Below, piece by piece: positions 52,110 through 59,851 of a DNA stretch of 64,000 nt (position 1 is the stretch's first letter; each line of letters opens with the position of its first letter). A program made the translations under genes and the position numbers. Under the pieces are notes generated by a model that saw nothing but the letters and a program-made list of their open reading frames with translations, ran no database searches and had not been told where the DNA came from. Source of the stretch: Alphaproteobacteria bacterium (GTDB lineage Bacteria > Pseudomonadota > Alphaproteobacteria > RF32 > CAG-239); NCBI GenBank assembly GCA_045577985.1, contig JAZNJJ010000024.1, positions 82,041 through 146,040 on the forward strand, given 5' to 3'.

Positions 52110-52562
52110 ATGGCTTGGACTGAAGAAATGGTTGAAGGACTTCGCCAAATGTGGGTTGAAGGTTTAACAGCTAATGAAATTGCAAAGAGATTGGGTGTTT
52201 CTAAAAATTCTATTGTTGGGAAAGTACATCGTTTATGTTTAAAAGCTCGTCCTTCCCCTATTAAGAAGAAAGTTGCTCCACAAGAGGTTAAAGTTGAAAC
52301 ATCTGTCGAAACAGAAGTTGTTGAAGAAGTTGTTACTGAAAATGTTGTTGAGGAAGTTCAAAAAGAAAGTGTTGTTAATTCTAAAGTAGTAGCTAATGAG
52401 GAAAATATAAAATTAGTGCAATTAGATAGTCATACGTGTCGTTGGCCTATCGGCGATCCTCGTGACGATGATTTTTGTTTTTGTGGTAGAAAAGTTAGGA
52501 TGGGACAAACATATTGCGATGAACATTCTGCAGTAGCATATGTAAAGGCAGGAAAAAAGTAG
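52110..52562 (+). CDS. gcrA: cell-cycle transcriptional regulator GcrA
   Basis: N-terminus MAWTEEMVEGLRQMWVEGLTANEIAKRLGVSKNSIVGKVHRL and the conserved C-terminus CRWPIGDP...FCG. Confidence 0.85.
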   Translation: MAWTEEMVEGLRQMWVEGLTANEIAKRLGVSKNSIVGKVHRLCLKARPSPIKKKVAPQEVKVETSVETEVVEEVVTENVVEEVQKESVVNSKVVANEENIKLVQLDSHTCRWPIGDPRDDDFCFCGRKVRMGQTYCDEHSAVAYVKAGKK

Positions 52563-52574
52563 TTGTTTTATAAA

Positions 52575-52605
52575 AAAAGAGGCTCAGCCTCTTTTTTTTA
52601 TACAT
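52575..52605 (+). terminator. intrinsic terminator aaaaaagaggctcagcctctttttttt after gcrA
   Basis: Stem GAGGCT/AGCCTC followed by a T8 tract, 13 nt after the gcrA stop. Confidence 0.65.
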
Positions 52606-52655
52606 TTAAAGCATATATCAAAATAGTCGTTGTTTTAACAAAAAGGATATATGCT

Positions 52656-53807
52656 ATGGTTAGGTTTAATTATATAGGACTATTAAGTTTGTTGACAATT
52701 GGTATGATTTCAACAACAGCGAATGCTTCATCTTCTTTAGGTGAGGATTATACCAAATTTAAAAATTTATTAAATGAAAAATATGGATTTAATTACAATT
52801 TAAGTTATTCCGTTTTAGGTCAACATGCTTCACCGGGTGGAAAATATAATGCAGTACAATCGTACTTTTCTCCATCATTTACATGGACTAATTTTGATAA
52901 TGAATATGGAACAGGAGCATTGAATTTTTCATATAATAGTGTTTTCTATGGTCGTCATAATGCTGAAGATATTCAAAATAGAACAGGAATGGTAACACCT
53001 ATAAATGATTTTGATGATAATGCTCAGGAATTTGCTAATTTATATTATACATATCAATTTCCTAGAAAACTTAATTGGTTGACATTGGGTGTTGGTCAAT
53101 ATGGAATTTCTATGTTTGATGGAACAGCATATGATAATAACCAGCAAGTTAATTTTGTAAATTTTGCATTGTCTCAAAATGCAACATCAACATATTCTAC
53201 AGCTGGTCTGGGTTTCTTTATTCAAGCTAATCCTGGGAACTGGTCTTTTGTTGCAGGTGCTCAAGATGCAACAAATATTTCAGGTCCAAGTATCAGATTT
53301 AACCATTTGAATGAGGAACATTATGCCACATTTGGTTCAATCGGTTATAATCCTAATATTCCAAAATTAGGAAAAGGACAATACTCTGTATTGGTATATA
53401 ATCAGCCATATGTTAATGAGCAAAAACAATCAACAACAGGATGGTCAATAAATTTATCTCAAAATATTGGAGAGAAATTAAATTTGTTTGGTAGAATTAA
53501 TGGGGTAAATGGTAGTGTTTCTTCTATAAGTCAATCTTATGTTGCAGGCTTGGCTTATAATGATCCTTTAGATAGAAATGAATTGGATCAAATTGGTTTT
53601 GCTTATTCTTATAATAAAATTGATAAAGGTGCTGTTGGACAAGAATTGCATCATGATGCAGAACAAGTTTTAGAAGCTTATTGGGCTTGGGGTATCTCCA
53701 AGTGGGCAACGATTACTCCTGATTTTCAGTTCTATATTAATCCTGCTTTGAATAAAGGTTCTGATTATGGAACGGTTAGTTCTGTCAGATTAACATTATT
53801 CTTCTAA
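52656..53807 (+). CDS. outer-membrane beta-barrel porin-like protein; start corrected to MVRFNY
   Basis: Signal peptide ...TTANASSS and alternating beta-strand pattern with a C-terminal LTLFF (terminal Phe). The gcrA terminator lies inside the listed N-terminal extension, and an AAAGGA RBS sits 9 nt before nt 52656. Confidence 0.5.
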   Translation: MVRFNYIGLLSLLTIGMISTTANASSSLGEDYTKFKNLLNEKYGFNYNLSYSVLGQHASPGGKYNAVQSYFSPSFTWTNFDNEYGTGALNFSYNSVFYGRHNAEDIQNRTGMVTPINDFDDNAQEFANLYYTYQFPRKLNWLTLGVGQYGISMFDGTAYDNNQQVNFVNFALSQNATSTYSTAGLGFFIQANPGNWSFVAGAQDATNISGPSIRFNHLNEEHYATFGSIGYNPNIPKLGKGQYSVLVYNQPYVNEQKQSTTGWSINLSQNIGEKLNLFGRINGVNGSVSSISQSYVAGLAYNDPLDRNELDQIGFAYSYNKIDKGAVGQELHHDAEQVLEAYWAWGISKWATITPDFQFYINPALNKGSDYGTVSSVRLTLFF

Positions 53808-53908
53808 AATTAATGATAAAAATGTGAAACCGGCTGTTAATTAGTCGGTTTTTTTTTGTTTTTTTCTTTACATTGTGCAAATAAATGTGAATATTAAAAT
53901 GTTAATAT

Positions 53909-54457
53909 ATGTGTTTTGAGGACTTTATGAAGAAACTGAATATTTTTCTTTTTTTATTTGTATTGTGTGGCTGTACTAACAATAATGTTAAGTTAGTTCC
54001 AGGAATAGTTCCCAATTCAGCTAAAGAAAAACAAGTGGTGGAAGTAATGCCTAATAATATAATTGGAGAAATTGAACCTATTTACTTATTACCAATGAAA
54101 ACTCCTTTTTTATCGAGAATTGATACAGGAGCGGCAACCTCTTCTCTTGATGCAGAAGATGTTAAACATTTTGAGAGAGATGGTAATAAATGGGTTTCTT
54201 TTGTTATCGTTAATAGGGTTACTGGTGAAAGAGTTTTTTTTGAAAAACCAATCGAGCGTAGAACAAAAATTAAACGAATCGGAGATTATGAACGAAGAAC
54301 TATTGTAGAAATGGATGTGAAATTCGGTGGAGAATTTTTTAAGGCGGATTTTTCCATTGCGGAAAGAGAAAAATTTGAGTATCAGGTGTTAATCGGAAGA
54401 AATATTCTTAATGGTAGAGCTATAGTAGATGTTTCTCTTTCAAATACTTTAAAATAA
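53909..54457 (+). CDS. retropepsin-like aspartic protease-fold lipoprotein (the family annotated as 'ATP-dependent zinc protease', RimK-associated)
   Basis: Lipobox VLCGCT and the catalytic-type signature RIDTGAATSSLDA (D-T-G-A). Confidence 0.6.
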   Translation: MCFEDFMKKLNIFLFLFVLCGCTNNNVKLVPGIVPNSAKEKQVVEVMPNNIIGEIEPIYLLPMKTPFLSRIDTGAATSSLDAEDVKHFERDGNKWVSFVIVNRVTGERVFFEKPIERRTKIKRIGDYERRTIVEMDVKFGGEFFKADFSIAEREKFEYQVLIGRNILNGRAIVDVSLSNTLK

Positions 54458-54477
54458 TTTATGCATGGGACTTTTTT

Positions 54478-56013
54478 ATGAAAAAAATATTTTCAGTACG
54501 TGGTGTTTTAGTTGTTCTGTTGCTTTTAACAACGTTTTTTTCTGTATGGGCTACATATTATAAAATTAATTATTGGGGATTTAGTCTAAATCCAAACAAA
54601 GAAACAGATGTTTGGACGGTTGATGCTCATATTTCTTTTGAGCCAACAGGTGATGATATTGAGGTTTCTTTATCTATTCCTAGTATTAGCGAGGAATATA
54701 GGATATTAAGTGAAGATGTTGTTGCTCCAGGGTATGATATTGTTAAAGATGATGAAAAACATAGATTAAGATTGTTTTCAAAAGCTCAAGAATTAAAACA
54801 GGATTTATATTATAGGATAATGATTTATGATAATAAAGAATCCGATGCTGTTGTTAAAAATTATGAACAAGATGAGATAAAGATTGAAGAACCAAAGTTT
54901 TCTGATGAATTACAAGAAGGTATGGTTAATGAAATTTGGAATTTGGCTAATGAATATGAAGGTAGTGATGCCAGTAAAATAATTAAATTACTTAATGAAA
55001 AGCCGTTAAAACCACAAGTTGATTCTTTTTTGCCAATTCATAAAAATCAAAGAATTATGGCCGATAGTATTATTTATCTGTTATCTGTTAAGGGGATTCC
55101 GGCAAGAGTTGTTCGTGGTATAAAATTGACGGAGAAAAGAAAATCGGCGAAAGCTGATTTAATGATAGAAGTGTTTGAAAAGAAAAAATGGAAAGTTTAT
55201 AATATTGAAAACGGAAAATCAGGATTGCCTAAAAATTTTATTCTTTTTCAAAGAGGTGGTGTTTCTTTATTAGATGTTGTAGGTGGAGAAAAATCTAAAG
55301 TTAAATTTTCTGTGTTAAAATCTGTTGTTTCTTCATTTAAAATGGCGGGAAGACGTGCAAAATATGCAGAAAGTAAATTATTTGATTATACAATCTATAA
55401 TTTACCAATGTTAGAGCAAAATACTTTGAAATGGTTGATGATTTTTCCTCTAGGTATTTTGTTGGTTGTTTTAATGAGAAATGTTGTGGGTATTCGCACG
55501 ATGGGAACATTTACTCCCATGTTAATTGCAATGTCTTTAGTGAAAACGGGATTTGGCGCAGGGCTTGTTTGTTTTTCTTTAATTATCATTATGGGATTGC
55601 TAATAAGGTCTGCATTGACACGTCTTAATTTATTATTGGTTCCTCGAATTTCTGCTGTAGTGATTTGTGTTATTCTTATTATTCAAATGTTGACAATATT
55701 TGGGTATATCTCAAATTTTGTTATTGCTTCATCAGCGGTGTTCTTTCCAATTATTATTACAGCGTGGATTATTGAACGAGCCTCAATCACATGGGAAGAA
55801 GAAGGAGCTAAAAATGCATTTAAGCAGATTCTAAATAGTGTAATTGTGGCTATTTTTACGTATTTTGTTATTAGTAATGAAAATATTCGTCATATTATGT
55901 TTGCCTTTAACGAATGGAATTTAGTTATCTTGTTTATTATAATGCTTCTCGGTACATATACGGGGTATCGTCTGACTGAGTTAAAACGTTTTGCTCCTTT
56001 ATTAAAGGATTAA
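54478..56013 (+). CDS. transglutaminase-like extracytoplasmic domain fused to a C-terminal 7-TM module (the 'inactive transglutaminase fused to 7TM' family)
   Basis: N-terminal TM segment, an extracytoplasmic domain of about 300 aa, then about seven C-terminal TM helices; lies next to a RimK-like ligase. Confidence 0.55.
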   Translation: MKKIFSVRGVLVVLLLLTTFFSVWATYYKINYWGFSLNPNKETDVWTVDAHISFEPTGDDIEVSLSIPSISEEYRILSEDVVAPGYDIVKDDEKHRLRLFSKAQELKQDLYYRIMIYDNKESDAVVKNYEQDEIKIEEPKFSDELQEGMVNEIWNLANEYEGSDASKIIKLLNEKPLKPQVDSFLPIHKNQRIMADSIIYLLSVKGIPARVVRGIKLTEKRKSAKADLMIEVFEKKKWKVYNIENGKSGLPKNFILFQRGGVSLLDVVGGEKSKVKFSVLKSVVSSFKMAGRRAKYAESKLFDYTIYNLPMLEQNTLKWLMIFPLGILLVVLMRNVVGIRTMGTFTPMLIAMSLVKTGFGAGLVCFSLIIIMGLLIRSALTRLNLLLVPRISAVVICVILIIQMLTIFGYISNFVIASSAVFFPIIITAWIIERASITWEEEGAKNAFKQILNSVIVAIFTYFVISNENIRHIMFAFNEWNLVILFIIMLLGTYTGYRLTELKRFAPLLKD

Positions 56014-56017
56014 TTAT

Positions 56018-56968
56018 ATGATGAATTTATTTAACATTTTTTCATATTCTAGAAGACTAAAAGAAAAGGGTATTCTTGGTATGAATGCTCGTAATTATAA
56101 TATAATTGCAAAAAATAATAAGCGTTCATTGTATCCGTTAGTAGATGATAAAGTTCAAACAAAAAAACTTGCAAATTCCATAGATATAAATACGCCAAAG
56201 ATGATAGGTGTTATTGAACATCAATATGAAGTTGAAAATTTATTTGAGATTATTGAAGGATATTCAGAGTTTGTTATCAAACCTTCACATGGTAGTGGAG
56301 GTAAGGGAGTTTTGGTAATATGTCATTATGAACGAGGCGTTTTTATAACGCCGTCCGGAAAAGAGTTAACGTTTAAGGAAGTATATCAGCATATTTCGAA
56401 TATCTTGAGTGGTTTATATAGCTTAGGTGGTCAAGATGATGTGGTTTTAATTGAAGAACTTGTACATTTTAGTGATGTTTTTGAATGTTTTAGCTATCAG
56501 GGAGTTCCGGATGTTAGAGTGATTGTGTATAAGGGATATCCTGCTTTAGCTATGACTCGTTTAGCAACAAAGGAATCTGGCGGAAGAGCTAATTTACACC
56601 AAGGTGGCGTTGGTGTTGGATTAGATATAAAAACGGGGAAAACATTAAATGCAGTATGTCATAATTTACCAATTAAAAATCATCCGGATACAGGCGTTAA
56701 TTTAATGGACTTGCAGGTTCCATTGTGGCGAGAGCATTTGTTAATTGGGGCTCAGGCTTATGATATGACTGGATTAGGATATTTAGGAGCAGATATTGTT
56801 TTAGATAGAGATAGAGGTCCAATGTTATTGGAATTAAATGCTCGTCCAGGGTTAGCTATACAAATAGCAAATGGTCGTGGATTGCAATTTATATTAGATA
56901 AAATTGAAAAAACATATCCTAAAAATCTTTCAGCAAAAGAAAGAGTAGATTTTGTCTTGAATAATTAA
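56018..56968 (+). CDS. RimK-like ATP-grasp 'alpha-L-glutamate ligase-like' protein
   Basis: ATP-grasp motifs (FVIKPSHGSGGKGV, LLELNARPG) in a protein of about 316 aa. Confidence 0.75.
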   Translation: MMNLFNIFSYSRRLKEKGILGMNARNYNIIAKNNKRSLYPLVDDKVQTKKLANSIDINTPKMIGVIEHQYEVENLFEIIEGYSEFVIKPSHGSGGKGVLVICHYERGVFITPSGKELTFKEVYQHISNILSGLYSLGGQDDVVLIEELVHFSDVFECFSYQGVPDVRVIVYKGYPALAMTRLATKESGGRANLHQGGVGVGLDIKTGKTLNAVCHNLPIKNHPDTGVNLMDLQVPLWREHLLIGAQAYDMTGLGYLGADIVLDRDRGPMLLELNARPGLAIQIANGRGLQFILDKIEKTYPKNLSAKERVDFVLNN

Positions 56969-57001
56969 AATTAACTTCCTAAATATTGGATAGGAAATAT
57001 A

Positions 57002-57622
57002 ATGAAAGGAAGAAATATGACTGACTTATTAGAAAAATCAGAAACAAAAAATATAGCAAAACCAGATACAAAGAATATAGAGGATGCAGATACAAAAAAA
57101 TTAGAAATGAGTGAAAGTCGGGCTAAAAAGATTAAACATTCATATAGTGTTAAAGATGCTGAAAATTCTTTATTATTAAAAACTGAAAGAGGTGATGTTG
57201 TTATTGAGATGTTTCCTGATGTTGCACCAAACCATGTAGCAAGAATAAAGGAATTAGTGCGTCAAGGATATTATAATGGATTGAGGTTTCATAGAGTTAT
57301 TGAAGGCTTTATGGCTCAGGCTGGTTGTCCAAAAGGTGATGGAACAGGTGGAAGTGGTGTTAAACTAAAAGCAGAATTTAATCGTATTCGTCATACACGA
57401 GGAATAGTTTCTATGGCTAGAGCTATGGATCCGGATTCTGCGGATAGTCAATTTTTTATTTGTTATGCTGATTGTCCTTGGTTGGATGGGCAATATACAG
57501 TTTGGGGTGAAGTTACTGCCGGAATGGAATATATTGATATGCTGAAAAAAGGCGGTGGAGCAAGTGGAATGGTTGCAAATCCCGATATTATTGTTTCAAT
57601 GACAGTTATTGCAGATATTTAA
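57002..57622 (+). CDS. ppiB: cyclophilin-type peptidyl-prolyl cis-trans isomerase
   Basis: RFHRVIEGFMAQAGCPKGDGTGGSG motif; the N-terminus carries a K/D-rich extension of about 45 aa. Confidence 0.85.
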   Translation: MKGRNMTDLLEKSETKNIAKPDTKNIEDADTKKLEMSESRAKKIKHSYSVKDAENSLLLKTERGDVVIEMFPDVAPNHVARIKELVRQGYYNGLRFHRVIEGFMAQAGCPKGDGTGGSGVKLKAEFNRIRHTRGIVSMARAMDPDSADSQFFICYADCPWLDGQYTVWGEVTAGMEYIDMLKKGGGASGMVANPDIIVSMTVIADI

Positions 57623-57643
57623 TAATATACGTTAATTAACAGA

Positions 57644-57677
57644 ATGTCCGAAAAAAGGGATCCCTTTTTTCGGACAT
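57644..57677. terminator. perfect 34-nt palindrome ATGTCCGAAAAAAGGGATCCCTTTTTTCGGACAT (copy 1); probable ppiB terminator
   Basis: Exact self-complementarity, located 22 nt after the ppiB stop and followed by T-rich sequence. Confidence 0.55.
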
Positions 57678-57750
57678 AAATTTACTATTTTTCTTTTTTC
57701 TCATTTATCATAAATTCAATATGTTAAAAAAATATTTACGCTCTAAAAAA

Positions 57751-57782
57751 TGTCCGAAAAAAAGGATCCTTTTTTTCGGACA
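57751..57782. promoter_or_regulatory. perfect 32-nt palindrome TGTCCGAAAAAAAGGATCCTTTTTTTCGGACA (copy 2) in the pilin-like gene leader, 19 nt upstream of its start
   Basis: Second copy of the copy-1 motif with a symmetric G>A / C>T change on both arms that preserves perfect pairing; it ends 7 nt before the AGGAGA RBS. Confidence 0.5.
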
Positions 57783-57800
57783 ATGGAAAGGAGAATAATA

Positions 57801-58439
57801 ATGAATAAAATGTGTAGAACCAATATTCAATCAGGTCGTTCAATGATTGAAATGCTTGGAGTTTTAGCGATTATCGGCGTGTTATCTGTAGGTGGTATTG
57901 CAGGTTATTCAAAAGCGATGATGAAATATCGAATCAATAAAACGATTGATCAAGTTACGCAAATTTCGCAAAATGTTAGAACTTTATATGCCAGATATAA
58001 ACAATATCGTAATTTAAATGAGAGAATTGCATATAAAGCTAATTTAGCCCCAAAAGAAATGTTCTATATGGCCTCTCGTGGTGTTTACGATATGACCAAT
58101 GATTGGGGAGGATATTTTTCTGTGCATTCAACGGGTTTTGATGTAAAAAGTTTTACAGTTGAAACCTCGAATTTACCGAATGAGGCATGCATAGAACTTG
58201 CTACGCAAGATTGGGGAAACCTAGATACTACTGGATTAATTTCAGTAAGTGTTACTAATGGGGATGATTTGGATCTACCAACCGAAGATGATTTAGTAGG
58301 AAATTGTTCTGGTAAAATAGGTAATGGTTATGCTATTGCTTGTTCCGGAGGATCTGTTGTTTCCATACCTATGCCAGTTGAAGTGGCGGTTGATGCTTGT
58401 GGAAATAAGAAGGGCAATATTATGTGGATTTTTCAATAA
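57801..58439 (+). CDS. type IV pilin-like / pseudopilin-like protein (prepilin-type N-terminal cleavage/methylation domain)
   Basis: MNKMCRTNIQSG | RSMIEMLGVLAIIGVLSVGGIAGY has a short basic leader, Gly at -1, Glu at +5 and a hydrophobic helix. The C-terminus has paired Cys residues (NCSG...IACSGG, DACGN). The start is set at the Met with an AGGAGA RBS, and the listed upstream extension crosses the palindrome. Confidence 0.55.
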   Translation: MNKMCRTNIQSGRSMIEMLGVLAIIGVLSVGGIAGYSKAMMKYRINKTIDQVTQISQNVRTLYARYKQYRNLNERIAYKANLAPKEMFYMASRGVYDMTNDWGGYFSVHSTGFDVKSFTVETSNLPNEACIELATQDWGNLDTTGLISVSVTNGDDLDLPTEDDLVGNCSGKIGNGYAIACSGGSVVSIPMPVEVAVDACGNKKGNIMWIFQ

Positions 58440-58472
58440 TTAAAAATTCTTTTTTTATTGTAAATAAATTTG

Positions 58473-59141
58473 TTATTGGTAGCTTCCAGTCATAAAACCT
58501 CCATCAACGATTATATCTTGTCCATTGATATAATGGTTTTGAGGCGAAGCCAAAAAATAGACTATATCAGCAATGTCTTCAGGTTTAGCTAAGCGGTTTA
58601 GAGGTATCTTTGAGGCTAAATAGGTGCGTTTCTCCTCGTTATTGTTGGCACGAAACATCTTTGTATCAACGAACCCTGGAGAAACGGTGTTGCATAAAAT
58701 ATTATATTTTCCCAATTCTAGGGTTAGTGTTTTGATTAAACCTGTTAATGCGTGTTTCGACGATGTGTAAGCCACTCGCCCTTCTCTAGATATAGATGCG
58801 TAAAGGGAACCTATTCCTATTATGTATCCAAATTTTTGTTTAGCAAAATGGGGAATTATCTGCTGGCAGATAGTTAAAAGAGATGTAACATTGATGTTTT
58901 GTGTTTTGTTAAATTCATCCAGGCTAATTTCTTCAATATTTAAGGGATTGTTGTAACCTGCAGAATGAATTATTACATCAAAGTTATTACCATTTTTTTG
59001 AAAATAGGTTTGAATATCTTTAGAATTATTCAAATCTAATTCTTTGCTTGAAGGTGATATAACTTCGTGTCCTTCTTTTTGGAACTTTTCTCTTATGGCG
59101 CTTCCAATTCCACCATTTCCACCAGTCATAAATATTCTCAT
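58473..59141 (-). CDS. short-chain dehydrogenase/reductase (SDR) family oxidoreductase
   Basis: N-terminal TGGNGGIGSAI (TGxxxGxG) and catalytic YTSSK (YxxxK). Confidence 0.8.
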   Translation of the reverse strand: MRIFMTGGNGGIGSAIREKFQKEGHEVISPSSKELDLNNSKDIQTYFQKNGNNFDVIIHSAGYNNPLNIEEISLDEFNKTQNINVTSLLTICQQIIPHFAKQKFGYIIGIGSLYASISREGRVAYTSSKHALTGLIKTLTLELGKYNILCNTVSPGFVDTKMFRANNNEEKRTYLASKIPLNRLAKPEDIADIVYFLASPQNHYINGQDIIVDGGFMTGSYQ

Positions 59142-59306
59142 TTATTTTTTCCTATGTTGTTTTTCTTTATTTAATTATGAAAAAATTAATAAAAATTTAC
59201 CGTTGTGAATTATTTTGTAAAAAATATTTAAAATTATCTTATTGATTTTTCGTTTAATTATTAAAAATTATCAAAAAAAATCGAACAAAAGTAGAACAGT
59301 TAATAA

Positions 59307-59354
59307 AATACTAAAAAATACCATTGAATCCCATAAAATACCATGTTATACCAT
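59307..59354 (+). promoter_or_regulatory. array of 10-bp-phased direct repeats (AATACCAT / AATCCCAT / AATACCAT / TATACCAT, plus a degenerate AATACTAA) upstream of mraZ; candidate MraZ operator
   Basis: Repeat starts at 59317, 59327, 59337 and 59347 with exactly 10-bp spacing, and a weaker unit at 59307. The array ends 36 nt before the mraZ start. Confidence 0.45.
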
Positions 59355-59389
59355 AAATATGAGTTAACCCATTTTTAAGGAATCTGATT

Positions 59390-59851
59390 ATGAGAAAAGT
59401 TTTTCTCTTTATGGATACCATATTTAACAAAGTAGATGCGAAAGGTCGTGTCTCTTTGCCATCAGATTACCGCGCAATGGTTAAAGAATTATCAACAGAA
59501 ATTGTTTGCTATCGCAGTTTGACATCCCCTTGTATTGAGGGATGTTTAGAGGATTTATTGGATAAACTTGCAACGGAAATAGAGGATTCGACAGATTTTT
59601 TCTCGGAAAAACAAGATAATTTAACTAATTTAATTTTCGGAGATGCAAAACGTTTTATGTTTGATAGTACAGGTCGAATTGTGTTGACAGAAAAATTATT
59701 AAATCATGCTCAGATTACAGATATGGCTGTGTTTGTGGGTAAAGGACGTAAATTTCAGATATGGAACCCTGAAAATTGGGAAAAAGAAGAAGCTCGAATA
59801 AGAGCAGAAGTTTTAGCGAATCGCCCTGTTTTGAAAAAGGATGCTGAATAA
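59390..59851 (+). CDS. mraZ: transcriptional regulator MraZ
   Basis: Duplicated MraZ/SpoVT-AbrB-type domains (DAKGRVSLP, DSTGRIVL). Confidence 0.85.
   Translation: MRKVFLFMDTIFNKVDAKGRVSLPSDYRAMVKELSTEIVCYRSLTSPCIEGCLEDLLDKLATEIEDSTDFFSEKQDNLTNLIFGDAKRFMFDSTGRIVLTEKLLNHAQITDMAVFVGKGRKFQIWNPENWEKEEARIRAEVLANRPVLKKDAE

Noticed and set aside
57644-57782. The twin palindromes, considered as a CRISPR array or a small IS inverted-repeat pair.
   Set aside because: There are only two copies, they are self-complementary rather than direct repeats with spacers, no cas or transposase genes are nearby, and the segment between them (about 73 nt) is non-coding.
57750-57800. The listed start of the pilin-like ORF at 57750 (MSEKKDPFFRTMERRIIM...).
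   Set aside because: That N-terminal extension would be translated through the perfect palindrome and lacks an RBS. The Met at 57801 has an AGGAGA RBS and gives a canonical prepilin leader.
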